A DNA stretch of 64,000 bases from Eledone cirrhosa (GCA_964016885.1 OZ024743.1:52824001-52888000); one strand, 5' to 3'; shown: positions 15,152 through 30,725, numbered from the stretch's first letter. A program made the numbers and translations. Notes: generated by a model from the letters alone, not told the origin.

Positions 15152-16818
15152 TAGAAGTTGTATTTAATTTGTTGGAAGTCCGACAAACATAAATGTTTAT
15201 AACTGATTTAGAGCACTCAACAAGTTACTGGAGTAAATATTCAATGATATTAAATAAATGGAAACTATATTTATAAAACCATATTTATTTTATTATATAT
15301 ATTTCAAGGACAACCAAAAAAACATTTGTACGCTTTCATCAGATAAAATACAAAGTTTGTTTTATAAATAGAGACGTACCCATGAAAATCATACCTTATC
15401 GGTTGGAAATTGAGTGGATAGTGGAAATATATTAGGGATTATTCAAACTTATGTTTGAATATGTAAATAATTGAAACACAACCGTTTATTTAAATGACAC
15501 TGGAGAAAGAGAGAGAAGAAAGAGAGAGAGAAAAAATATTAATATTACGAGAGAGATAGAGAGAAGAAATTAACAAGAGGATGAATAGAACTCATGTAAC
15601 GTTAATATGGAGGAATACATTTTAAGTATATATCTACTAATGGTACGTATATTTACGATTATTTAGTTGTAAAAATTCTTTTCTAATATAATATTTACTG
15701 TTATAAGTAGATAGAAAAATAAATAGATATATATATAGAAAAATAAATATATATAAAATTAGATAGAAAAATATATGGAAAAATAAATAGATAGAAAAAT
15801 AGATAGATAGAAAAATAAATAGAAAAATAAATAGGAAAATAAAAAATAAATCAATAAATAGATAAATAGATAAATGGATAGATGGGTATATCGTGTTATA
15901 GATAATTATTTTAATGAGTTATGAGGGATATTGGTTTATATTTAATGTAAGTAATTAAGTTAACTGAGTTAATAAGAATATTTATATTTATATATTTTAA
16001 ATTGGGAAGATACGGAAAAAAACTCCAGTTTGGTTTATTTATTCGTTAGTATGAGACTATTTTGTCAAAATAAGTTTAAATGTTAAAGATGTAAATGTTG
16101 AAAGATATATTTAGCCTGAATTAGTTAATGGTTATAAATCTAATAAAGATATTAAAAAATATAAAAAATTCGGGAACATTTAAAAAAAATAATTTATAAG
16201 AGATAAGTAAATTTAAAAAAAATAATAAGTAATTTTTAAAAATAAGTAATTTTAAAATATATGAAAAATTTAAGAAGAAAAAAAAAGTAAAAAAATAAAA
16301 TTAAAGAATAAAAAAATAAAAAATTAAAAATTAAAAATAAAGAATTAAAAATTTTTTTTAAATATTAACATTAAAGTTAAAATTAAAAATTAAAATTAAA
16401 AAATTAAAAAATTAGGATCATATATGTATATATTTTAAGAAATTTTAAGAAGTGAAATTATAGCAAATATTATAGATATGATTTAGAGATAATATATTAA
16501 AACAGAGTGGATAAGATTGTTATGGAAATAAGTAGAAATATTATAAGTGTAATTATAATTTATATATAGTTCTAAACGTTGAATTTACTATTATGTTTAC
16601 AAGAACTAAATAAATTCGTCCGTACATTAATAGAGTTCTTACATTTAAGTATAAAGAAAATTTCCTCAACACACAATTTGCAAAATCTAGATAAAGCTGT
16701 GTTTCGGTAGGCTTTTGAAATTATTTCCCAAGTTAAAGAATAGTCCATATTTTTGGATTTTAAGTTCCATATCAGGTTTGATAGAGAAGTTGAAGATTTT
16801 TTATCAAGTTTTCGGAAA

Positions 16819-17992
16819 TCTCGTGATGATATGCTTTTAATTGAAAATCATAGTAAATGGGAAATTAATAGAAAAAGAAAATCAATAATACAATTTTTCA
16901 ATAGCTACAATCTTAAGTTAGAAATAGAGAATAACTATAAAATTGTTAACTTTTTAGACGTAACATTAAACCTTAACACAGGGCTCTACTATCCATTCCA
17001 TAAAATTAATGAGAATCTAAACTATGTAAGTTTTAACTCTAATCATTCTAGATCTATCAAGAACACTATTGTAAATTCTATCCAACAACGTATTTCACGC
17101 ATCTCCGCTAATAAAAACATTTTTGACGATAAGGCAGAATATTATAATGAAGCTTTAAATAGAGCAGGTTATATAAATAAGATTAAATACATCGACAACA
17201 GTGATAAGGAAAATAACCCTACTATTAATTATAATTACAATAACAAATCTAACTTAAACTCTAAAACTAATAGAAGAAATAGAACTAGAAATATAATTTG
17301 CTACTCACCCCCATTCTCATTAAGCGTTAAAACACCTTTAGCAAAGCTATTCTTTAAAGCACTAGATAAATGTTTTCCAAAAGCCCATAGATACCACTCA
17401 ATCTTTAACAGACATACAATAAAACTATCTTACTCTACTACTATGAACATAGCACAAAATATAAATAGAATCAATAATAAAAATTCAACCCATAACCAAA
17501 ATAGCAGTAATATCTCTAGCAATATCCAACATAATAGTACCGTTTCGAATAACATCAACTCCGCTAAATGTAACTGTAGAATTAAATCTAACTGTCCTTT
17601 AAAAAATAAGTGCTTAGATAAGGACGTGGTCAACAAAATGCACAGGCAAAACCAGTGATAATATATTTAACTATGTAGGTTCAACTTCTACAGACTTTAA
17701 AAGTCATTGGAATAATCACAAGTGCTCTTTCCGAAAACTTGATAAAAAATCTTCAACTTCTTTATCAAACCTGATATGGAACTTAAAATCCAAAAATATG
17801 GACTATTCTTTAACTTGGGAAATAATTTCAAAAGCCTACCGAAACACAGCTTTATCTAGATTTTGCAAATTGTGTGTTGAAGAAATTTTCTTTATACTTA
17901 AATGTAAGAACTCTATTAATGTACGGACGAATTTATTTAGTTCTTGTAAACATCGCCTAAATTCAACATTTAGAACTATATATAAATTATAA
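16819..17992 (+). pseudogene. PLE RT (from xRDD) + thumb + CxCx5C linker + GIY-YIG endonuclease, one frameshift at ~17636
   Basis: SRDDMLLI..KIVNFLDVTLNLNTG..SNH..YNEALNRAGY..YSPPFS..IFNRHTIKLSYS..CNCRIKSNCPLKNKC; then +1 frame FNYVGSTSTDFKSHWNNHKCSF..SLSNLIWNLK..WEII..CKLCVEE..SSCKHR. Resembles Naiad/Chlamys-type PLEs (inference). Confidence 0.9.
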
Positions 17993-18256
17993 TTACACTT
18001 ATAATATTTCTACTTATTTCCATAACAATCTTATCCATTCTGTTTTAAAATATTATCTCTAAATCATATCTATAATATTTGCTATAATTTCACTTCTTAA
18101 AATTTCTTAAAATATATACATATATGATCCTAACTTTTAAATTTTTTAATTTAAATTTTAATTTTAATTTTAATTTTAACTTTAATTTTAATATTTTTAA
18201 AGTTTTTTTAATTCTTTATTTTTTTTTATTTTTTTTTATTTATTTATTTTTTTAAA

Positions 18257-18288
<32 letters not shown>

Positions 18289-19323
18289 TTTTTTTTATTT
18301 TTTTAATTTTTTTTAAATTTTTTTATTTTTTATTTTCTATTTATTTATTTATTTATTTATTTTTTTTTACTTTTTATTTTTTATTTCTTAAATTTTTCAT
18401 ATATTTTAAAATTACTTTTTAAAAATTACTTATTTTTAAAAAAATTACTTAAACTATTTAAAAAAAATTTTCCCGTATTTTTTATATTTTTTAATAACAT
18501 TTTTTAATATATTTTATTAGATTTATAACCATTAACTAATTCAGGCTAAATATATCTTTCAACATTTACATCTTTAACATTTATACTTATTTTGACAAAA
18601 TAGTCTCATACTAACGAATAAATAAACCAAACTGGAGTTTTTTTCCGTATCTTCCCAATTTAAAATATATAAATATAAATATTCTTATTAACTCAGTTAA
18701 CTTAATTACTTACATTAAATATAAACCAATATCCCTCATAACTCATTAAAATAATTATCTATAACACGATATACCCATCTATCCATTTATCTATCTATTT
18801 ATCTATTTATCTATTTATTGATTTATTTTTTATTTTCCTATTTATTTTTCTATTTATTTTTCTATCTATCTATTTTTCTATCTATTTATTTTTCCATATA
18901 TTTTTCTATCTAATTTTATATATATTTATTTTTCTATATATATATATCTATTTATTTTTCTATCTACTTTTAACAGTAAATAATATATTAGAAAAGAATT
19001 TTTACAACTAAATAATCGTAAATATACGTACCATTAGTAGATATATACTTAAAATGTATTCCCCCATATTAATGTTACATGAGTTCTATTCATCATCTTG
19101 TTAATTTCTTCTCTCTATCTCTCTCGTAATATTAATATTTTTTCTCTCTCTCTTTCTTCTCTCTCTTTCTCCAGTGTCATTTAAATAAACGGTTGTGTTT
19201 CAATTATTTACATATTCAAACATAAGTTTGAATAATCCCTAATATATTTCCACTATCCACTCAATTTCCAACCGATAAGGTATGATTTTCATGGGTACGT
19301 CTCTATTTATAAAACAAACTTTG

Positions 19324-19388
19324 TATTTTATCTGATGAAAGCGTACAAATGTTTTTTTGGTTGTCCTTGAAATATATATAATAAAATA
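19324..19388 (+). ncRNA. Type I hammerhead ribozyme in the PLE pseudo-LTR (mirror copy at 15286-15350, minus strand)
   Basis: TATTTTAT-CTGATGA-AAG...CTT-GAAA-TATATA-TA-ATAAAATA with a perfect 8-bp stem I. Confidence 0.85.
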
Positions 19389-19522
19389 AATATGGTTTTA
19401 TAAATATAGTTTCCATTTATTTAATATCATTGAATATTTACTCCAGTAACTTGTTGAGTGCTCTAAATCAGTTATAAACATTTATGTTTGTCGGACTTCC
19501 AACAAATTAAATACAACTTCTA

Positions 19523-19561
<39 letters not shown>

Positions 19562-19564
<3 letters not shown>

Positions 19565-19715
19565 AACGAGTAGGAGTCCGACGGCTGAGCTCAAGCCGTT
19601 TCGACGGCCAAATCTAGAGTAAAGATTTAGTCCAGATTTAGCCGTCGAAACGGCCTGAGCTCAGCCGTCGGGGTCCTACTTGTTCTTATTACCCACTCTA
19701 CCACCCCAAGTATTG
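19562..19715 (+). mobile_element. Foldback of the 3' half of the 24.6-kb hammerhead family (third piece at ~50340-50432)
   Basis: Arms 19562-19614 / 19632-19686 contain TAGCCGTC-GAAA-CGGC.TGAGCTCA.GCCG-TC-GGGGTC. Confidence 0.85.
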
Positions 19716-19788
19716 AGATAAATAAACATGAAAGTTGTAGTTTCCATTTATTTAATATCATTGAATTATTATCATTGTATATATATAT

Positions 19789-19838
<50 letters not shown>

Positions 19839-19849
19839 ATATATATATA

Positions 19850-20118
19850 GAATACACAGGAATCAAAGCTATGTTCAAAGCATTTATTCGCTTACAATTG
19901 TTTCATCCAAACCGAGGCGTGCAGTCTTCGGACCATTTGTCAATGTTTGTACACATACATATAACTGCTCTGTAGAACAACTGATGTTATTACATTGAGC
20001 TATTTATCTTACTGGTAATAAGGTAATAAGAAATTACTGACTTTCACTCTTTAGGGTTTAAAATATATATAACTATAAACAGTTTTAGTATATACATAAC
20101 CATAAATACTATCCTTAA

Positions 20119-20122
<4 letters not shown>
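19850..20122 (+). mobile_element. Second copy of the 2196-3423 family with a simple 5' inversion
   Basis: 19850-19955 is antisense to ~3154-3259; 19960-20122 matches 3260-3423. Confidence 0.85.
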
Positions 20123-20146
<24 letters not shown>

Positions 20147-20152
<6 letters not shown>

Positions 20153-20332
20153 GTTTCTACTTTTGGGCACAAGGCCAGCAATTACCCAGTGCATTACTCG
20201 TACTTTATTTTATCGACCACTTAAGGATGAAAGGCAAAGTTAACCTCGGCGGGATTTGAACTCAAAATGGCAAAGGCCGTAACTCTATGCGTCAAAGCAT
20301 GGCGTCCGACCCTCTAACGATACTGCCAATCC
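20147..20332 (-). mobile_element. tRNA-derived SINE, family 1
   Basis: Full-length head, core and tail. Confidence 0.85.
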
Positions 20333-20695
20333 AACAATTTGGTTTTGTAGATCTAGTAAGTTCTCTGTTAACTTCGGTGGGGAGATTTTTTAAAGATTCC
20401 TGATTGACTTTCCTGGAGCACTTTCTCGCATTCGTCGGTGGTGATTGTCAAACTGATTTTAGGTTGTGTTGTGATGTGTGACTCTATATATAAGAGATTT
20501 GGGTGTGTCTGGGGGGATGGGTTAATGAGGGTGGGAGTGAAGGAGTGTTGATGAAGATTTAAAGGAATTAAAGCATATGTATACACACAAGAGCTGAAAT
20601 AAAATAGTGAATGGTAAAAGCATGATAATTGATTGAGAGTGGAAGTTGGAGGTGTTGAGTTGTTTAAGGAGTGTTTTAGAAAGGGCCTACATATA

Positions 20696-20986
20696 TATTT
20701 AATTAGAAAGTGAACAACACAAAATATAACTACTCCATTACCAAAGGTTTCTGGATACAGACGATAATAATATACGTCTGGATCGGTCGTCAGACAGATG
20801 TTATAGATAAAAGATATGAAATGAGATTTAAAATCTGTTTTATAACAGATTTTATTATCGTCTGTGATCCAGAAACCTTTGGTAAAGGAGTAGTTATATT
20901 TTGTGTTGTTCACTTTCTAATTAAATACCTGTGTTTTATACATAGGGCACTCTTTTTCCCTTTGCCTTTCCTTCGGAATTACCTCA
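20696..20986 (+). mobile_element. Foldback hammerhead element (arms 20696-20774 / 20852-20927); complete HHR on the minus strand at 20734-20798
   Basis: Minus strand reads TCTGT-CTGACGA-ccGATcCAGACG...CGTCTGtATCca-GAAA-CC ttt GG-TA-ATGGA. Confidence 0.8.
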
Positions 20987-21012
20987 TATATATATATATA
21001 TATATATTACCT

Positions 21013-21063
<51 letters not shown>

Positions 21064-21966
21064 AACTTTGGATAGAGGAAGGCGCCTCTGTCCACTTTTT
21101 TCACCTTGAAGGGTAAATTCCCCATTTTTTCTCGGCTATTAATGATCGAGCGTTGTTACAGATATTTCTGTGTTTGGGACGCTCACATTCTAAAATTTGA
21201 CAATTCACAAGGTTTCCGCACACATATATTGGTAAGTAGACCAACTCTACCTGACAGCCACTGTCTTCTAATGCATAATTTCTACACTCATAATGCAATA
21301 CACTTGCACCACATATGACAAAAACACCACACACAACACCAGTAAAACAAACACCACCACCACCACCACCACCACCATGAAGTAACAGCCTCTCCTCTCT
21401 TCCACAACACCGCTACATCTTATATCACACTACTCATGTAATTAGTTTCCAATCCTTTCATTTCTTAATCGGCTTCAACACAAAACTAGAGAGATGGACA
21501 CTCTCCCAACACTCTCGCTTACTCTCTTCTCACTAAACTTTCATCACTGCTTTCGTCCTCGCTCTCACCTCACCACACTCCCCGTTCCACCCTCACCTCA
21601 CCACACTCCCCGTGACACTCTCACCTCACCACACTCCCCGTGACACTCTCACCACAGCTTTTGTCCCACTCTCACCTCACCACCTCGCCATACTCCCCAT
21701 ACCGGCCGCCACTAGACATCTTCTCCCCCCCCCCCTGTTCAAGCCACTCTCCCCTCACCACACTCCGCACGCCACCCCAGTTCTCCTCACCACCTCACCA
21801 CACTCCCCAATATTGTTCACCACTAGACATCTCCTCCACCACCCCTGTCCAAGCTACTCTCTGTTTCTACAGTTGGTCATTTTAATTGTGTTGTAATCTT
21901 CAGTCTGTAATCTTCTTAAAACACTTTCAACACAATCCACTAATTTATTCTTCCCCATTCCTTCGA

Positions 21967-23350
<1,384 letters not shown>

Positions 23351-23636
23351 TGTTATATTTGGGGAGGGTCATATTTGCGTAATATTGCCAGAATTAATAA
23401 CAGAACACACTCACTGTTTGGTTGGTTTTCGCTTCTCGCTGTCTTTTATATATATATATCTGCGATCTAACTTACTCGGTCCTCAATGTTGCCATTGACT
23501 GACCGGCGGTCAAAAATAATACAGATACAATATAGACAAACACATATATATATAGTTTACATAATTTACATAAATCTTTCGTTGCACATCTGCAACATCG
23601 TCAGTGGTGTTATATTCATTGTTCCTCCTGTTGTGT

Positions 23637-23703
23637 TGTATGTCTACGCCATTTTTTTTTTGTGTTCAGTCTGAACACAAAAAAAAAATGGCGTAGACAT
23701 ACA
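23637..23703. repeat. Perfect hairpin, 33-bp arms with a 1-nt loop
   Basis: TGTATGTCTACGCCAT10GTGTTCAG-T-CTGAACACA10TGGCGTAGACATACA. Confidence 0.95.
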
Positions 23704-24614
23704 TACGTACCCCCTCTCCCCCCTCCCCCTCCCCTAGTCTTTGATAGATTTGGCGGACTCCGCCCTTTATAGCAGTTGGCTTAGACCCCGGATACTTGCC
23801 CCCTTTTTCCGACCGCTCCCACTATTCTCTGTGCCCTCTATATTTCTTAGTGGCACTTATGCCTTATTTTTTCGTTTCAGTATTTCTTGCTTCGCTTTTC
23901 TTCTGGGCGGGGTGGATTCTGAATTTATTTCTCCGTATTCTACCTTTATTTCGTACGAACTTTCATGTAGCTTGTTTTAGATCTTTTAGAGTTAGCATTA
24001 GTATATATTTTTCTCGGGACTCAGAATTATTATCTCGTACAAGTTCACTTTGCTGCACTGGGTCGTTGCTGGCCCGGGATGGAAACCTTTATTGTTTATT
24101 TCGTGGTAGTCTCTTTAGTATTTTGGCCCCTTTTGTTGACCAGTCACCGTATCATTTACGTACTTATACCTCTTAAAAGGGTCCTTGCCTATCCGTCCCA
24201 CCAAGTTCTTTTACTTATTTCCTTATTTATTTATTTATTTATTTATTTACTTCTTTCTTTCTTTATTTATTTTATTCTCGCCTAACAATAGCCTGACACC
24301 TAGGTCGTAGAATTTAATTTACTTTACTTTTTTCTTTACACTTATTTGCTTTTCTTCACTCTCAGTATTTTTTCTTTCCTATTTCTACCCCCCATTGTTC
24401 TACCTACCGTTCCGACTTCCTCCCCCTCCCCCTCCCCTGTATCTTCTTTGACCTCATGCCCAGCTGTAGCTGGCACTACCAACGCTTGATTGGGTCCACT
24501 CCACCCCCTCCCCTCTTTCTCCTACTGGCAGGTTTAGCCACCATCTCCCCTACTAATTTGCAACCACAGAATTACTACTGATTTTTGACAATCACTTTGA
24601 CCATATATGGAATT

Positions 24615-24708
24615 ACCCCTTGAGAAGATCGGCTATTTAAATACCAGGATAAATGTTCATTTAGTCCAGAATTAGCCGTCGAAACGGCTTGAGCTCAGCT
24701 GTCGGGGT
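24615..24708 (+). ncRNA. Type I hammerhead ribozyme with a U3-A8 variant core
   Basis: ACCCC-TTGAGAA-GAtCGGCTA...TAGCCGTC-GAAA-CGGC ttgagctca GCTG-TC-GGGGT: all three stems pair and the cleavage triplet is GUC. Confidence 0.8.
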
Positions 24709-24718
24709 CTTACTGGTT

Positions 24719-24791
<73 letters not shown>

Positions 24792-25204
24792 ATATATTTA
24801 AAAAAACAATGCAAATGTACATAGTATGTATTTTGTGTGTGTATGTGTGTGTGTGTGAGAGTGTGTATGTGTGTGTGTGTAAAGAGAAAGAGAGAGAGAG
24901 AGATGGGGATAAGAGAGGGGTGTGTGTGTTTTTACAATTATTGTTTTTCAATTTAAGATATTTTAATCAACAAATAGTAGATGCCAGTGAATGTTAAGCC
25001 AACATGGCGTCCAGACACAGTTTCATACGTTACGGTCGTCTGCCACAGTTACAGTCTTCACAATCTACATGTGTGCATGTAGGGATGTATCCATACATGT
25101 TATGTATGTACGTATGTATGTATTTGTGTATCTATGTATGCATGCATGCATATATGCATGTATATATATATATATATAAAAATTAGAATTGGAGCTCTGA
25201 AATA

Positions 25205-26450
<1,246 letters not shown>

Positions 26451-26629
26451 ACAATATTTTAGAATTCAATTCCATTTCCATCTTCTCTGCATTTTATTTC
26501 ATTATATTTCTGGAACGTTCGTAGTTAATTAACAGCCTTCTTCTTAATTACATAATTACATATTTGTAAGTGCTGTCATCACATGCCGCTGTTGGAAGGT
26601 CTAGGCAAATCCAGTACATTTACTATTGT

Positions 26630-27200
26630 GGATTGGTAGTATCGGTAGAGGGTCGGACGCCATGCTCTCCAGCATAGTTACGTCCCTTTAGGATCTGAGT
26701 TCAAATCCCGGCGAGGTTGACTTTGCCTTTCATCCTTACGGGGTCGATAAAATAAAGTACCAGTAATGCACTGGGTAATTGCTGGCCTTGTGCCTAAAGT
26801 AGAAACAATTATTATTGACTTTCCTCCTTCCCACAATTGCTGGCCTTGTGCCTAAGTTAGAAACCATTATTGGCAGTATCGGTAGAGGGTCGGGCGCCAT
26901 GCTTTGACGCATAGAGTTACGGCCCTTTACATACTGACTTTAAATCCCACCGAGGTTAACTTTCCCTTTCATCCTTACGGAGTCGATAAAATATAGTACC
27001 AGTAATGCACTGGGTAATTGCTGGCCTTGTGCCAAAAGTAGAAACAATTATTATTATTATTACAACTACAATTTATGTTGTATTATATTGTGAGTGCGGT
27101 GGATTGACTGTGTCTGTAGAGCGCCGGACAACATGCTTTGCGGCATATAGTTACGATCCTTTACGTTCTGAGTTCAAATCCCGCTGAGGTTAGTCATCCT
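26630..27200 (+). mobile_element. Cluster of tandem SINE family 1 copies (26630-26815, 26870-27061, partial 27100-27200)
   Basis: Repeated head, core and tail in the same orientation. Confidence 0.85.
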
Positions 27201-27587
27201 TGGTTTGGTTTGGTCCCGTTACTCCTGTTGGAGTTGTAGGGACGCCGTATTGACATATGGCGCTTCTTTGGATCCAGTATAGTAGATTTCTTCCAGAGAC
27301 AGATAGAAAGTGAGAGATAGGAAATGAGAGAGAGATATAGAGGAAGAATCAAGCCCAGTATTAGACTCTGACCACTGGTGTTGTTATGGCAAGCTTTATA
27401 TGTTCATTCTGTCATTACAACAACAGAGTTCCAATGAGCTGTTGATTCCAGAGTCGGGCCAGATCAATACAGATCGAAACTTGAGCTGATCAATAGCGAA
27501 ACGCACGTCACCAATCAATAAACGTAATGAAGGCTTAACAAATCGTCTTTGTATTATTATTTATTATATATACATACATACATACAT

Positions 27588-27692
<105 letters not shown>

Positions 27693-28297
27693 TTGAAGGA
27701 TGTGTAACTCTGATATACAGATTATTTATTATTAAGATGTATAAACTTGACAACTATTATCATCTTATATTCTCTCAACTAATCACATTTGATTATATTT
27801 CTCTATCCCGTTTTCTCCCCCCATATTTATAATATTTTTATTTGACAAAATCGGGTTTTTTACATTGTGTTTTCCCTTCTAATACTTGCTTATATTTTTT
27901 TTATATATTCTCTATATATTTTTTATATATATATTTTTTTATCTTTATTCTTATTTTCACTCTTATCCTCCTTTATATTTTACCTTATTCTTACTTTTAT
28001 ACCTTATTATAGTGTAATCTTCCCCATGCCTTATTATACATTATTAATTATAGATTATTATTATTACTCTTATTCCATTTTTAATTACCTCATGTACTCT
28101 CTCCTCCGTTATATATATATTGTATGCCCTTTGTATGTGTGTAGCCTCTGCACACCCTCTGCACCCTACTATCGACGCCACCTCATCTATGGCTCCACTA
28201 ACCACTCGACAGCTAGTAAACAAGGACCCACACCCCACCCTCCCGCACCAAAATTATACTTATCGACCACTGCTTTTGCTCTTTACTCTCTTTACTC

Positions 28298-28549
<252 letters not shown>

Positions 28550-28564
28550 CATATATATATAAGC

Positions 28565-28916
28565 AAAGAGATATTTAATTTGTTGGTTATTCAACAAATT
28601 TATTTATAACAGATTCGAAGCACTCTACAGATTTTCTGGACTATAATATCAATGATATTAATAAATGGAAACTATATTTATAAAACTATATTTATTTTAT
28701 TAAGTATATTTCAACCTCATTCTAAATTTTTCTTTCACTATCCAAACTGAGCCTGAACCGATAAGGTCTGGTTTCTTGGGTATGTCAACATTTATAAAAC
28801 AAATTTAGTATTTTATCTGATCAGAACGTACCAAAATTTTGGTACCCTTGAAATATATATAATACAATAAATATGGTTTTATAAATATAGTTTCCATTTA
28901 TTAATATCATTGATAT
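28565..28916 (+). mobile_element. Diverged inverted derivative of the PLE pseudo-LTR family; hammerhead with a mutated core (CTGATCA) at ~28809-28868
   Basis: Inverted repeat ~28643-28713 / 28848-28916; stem II GTACCAAAATTTTGGTAC. Confidence 0.75.
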
Positions 28917-29862
28917 ATATATATATATATTTGTATCTGTGATGATGCCCCATAACATTGGATTTTATTTTCATGCATATAGTACGAATATATCTGTGCA
29001 AATGTGCACGTGTGTGAGTGCGTGTGTGAGTGTGTACACACGTGTCTGCGTGTGTGTGAGTGTGTACACACGTGTCTGCGTGTGTGTGAGTGTGTACACA
29101 CGTGCGCGTGTGTGTGTGTGTGTGTTAGTGTGTACACACGTGCGTGTGTGTACACGTGTGTGTGTGTGAGTGTGTGCACACGTGTGTCTGTGTGTGCACG
29201 TGTGTGTGTGTGTGCGTGTGTGAGTGTGTATGTGTGTGCACGTGTGTGTGTGTGTGTGTGTGCATGTGTGTGTGTGTGAGTGTGCGTGAGAGAACCTCAG
29301 TGTATGTATGGTGAATGAACGACAATGCAGCAAAAGACAATAGATTCACAACACCACCATCACCATCACCTACACCAGCACAACTAGCAGCGCCACCAAC
29401 GAAAGAATGGAGGAACAAAAGAAAGAAAGGAAGAAAGATTGCGAGAACGAAATGAAGAAGGAAGGAAAGAAAGGAAGACAGGACGAAAGGAAGGAAAGAA
29501 TGAAGTAGGCAAGAAATGAGTATGCCATAAGGTTTTGCAAGTGAAACCATCTTCAGTACACATGCACCGTACAATCAAACAACCGTATTGTTGTTTTACA
29601 ACTGTCTTGAAGTATCGTATTTCTTCAATAAGACTTTTAACATTCCATCATATTTAGAGATAGGGTGGGTGGTGGTGGTGGGTTATTTGGTCACTGGACC
29701 CGCTAAAACAAACAGTCAAATCCACCCTCCAAAGTTAAAGTCTATCTGGAATCCTTATCAAACTGGATTTTATCCTGCTTTCATATGACATGGCACGAGG
29801 AGTAAGTGGAGTGAAATATGGATGAGTGAGTATCTGACTGATAAAAGGACAAGTCAGTCAAT

Positions 29863-30175
29863 CATATCGGTGGCCTCCCCACAGTCCCGGCGGACAGAAT
29901 GGAGAAGGCGTTCCCCCGGAGGACGGCAAGAGAGACGCGCTGGAAAAGCCATTCCAGCTCGAGAGGCTCACACCTGCGGCTGGCCAGCTCAGCACCTATA
30001 GTGGTGAGTAGGGAGGTAGCCCTAGGACCGAGGACACCAGAAGTCTACACTGTCAAGGGCACGACCGCAAACCTGTCGGAGAGTGACCGGTATTTGAAGA
30101 GTTTGGCCTCCACAGCCCGACGTGCAGCAGAACCTGGGTTAGTCGCAGACTGCACCAGGTTGCGGCTAGGAAAAT
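29863..30175 (-). pseudogene. C-terminal restriction-like endonuclease region of a CRE-clade non-LTR retrotransposon
   Basis: GSAARRAVEAKLFKYRSLSDRFAVVPLTV*TSGVLGPRATSLLTTIGAELASRRCEPLELEWLFQRVSLAVLRGNAFSI matches the AA..AE..K..KY...F.P...ET.G..G...QR.S.A..RGNA pattern, with one in-frame stop. Confidence 0.75.
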
Positions 30176-30357
30176 GGATTAGACGCCATTCCTTACAAAT
30201 AGTGAGGCCTCTACTTGCTCTCGTCACTTGCTAAAAACAACAGCCAAATTCCTCTGCCCTACATCCTCAGACTTTTAAGATTAATGTTAAAGTTATGGCA
30301 TTAAGAACCTAGAGGCTCATCATGCGGTGTTAAGCCACTGATAATAAAATACTCCCC

Positions 30358-30725
30358 CTGGATAGGGTGTGAGTCCCTCTCAAGGTTAATCTCCAACTGG
30401 TGGTGGTGGTGGTGGTGGTGGTGGTGGTGGTGGTGGTGGTGGTGGTGGATAGGGCGTGAGTCCCTCTCAAGGTTAATCTCCGACTGGTGGTGGTGGTGGT
30501 GGTGGTGGTGGTGGTGGTGGTGGTGGTGGATAGGGCGTGAGTCCCTCTCAAGGTTAATCTCCGACTGGTGGTGGTGGTGGCGGCAGTGGTGGATAGGGCG
30601 TGAGTCCCTCTCAAGGTTAATCTCCGACTGATAGTGGTGGTGGTGGTGGTGGTGGTGGCGGCAGTGGTGGATAGGGCGTGAGTCCCTCTCAAGGTTACTC
30701 GCCAACTGGTGGCGGCGGCGGCGGT
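30358..30725. repeat. Minisatellite: conserved ~38-bp unit (five copies) separated by variable (TGG)n
   Basis: GGATAGGGCGTGAGTCCCTCTCAAGGTTAATCTCCGACT repeated. Confidence 0.9.

Larger units (their letters stand above)
15147..19527 (+). mobile_element. Penelope-like retroelement, 5'-truncated, with an inverted copy of its 3' region (arms 15147-16818 / 17728-19527), inserted in (TA)n
   Basis: The arms are reverse complements; the spacer encodes the PLE RT C-terminus; a hammerhead lies near each outer end; both flanks are (TA)n. Confidence 0.92.

Noticed and set aside
20340-21320. Possible degraded PLE coding remnants (ORFs 20368-20913 and 21106-21318)
   Set aside because: No unambiguous RT or GIY-YIG motif, and the ORFs partly run through a palindrome.
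26630-26720. tRNA gene candidates (A and B boxes)
   Set aside because: They continue into the SINE core and show no clean cloverleaf; these are SINE heads.
30358-30725. CRISPR-like repeat-spacer appearance
   Set aside because: The spacers are just (TGG)n, there are no cas genes, and the context is eukaryotic.
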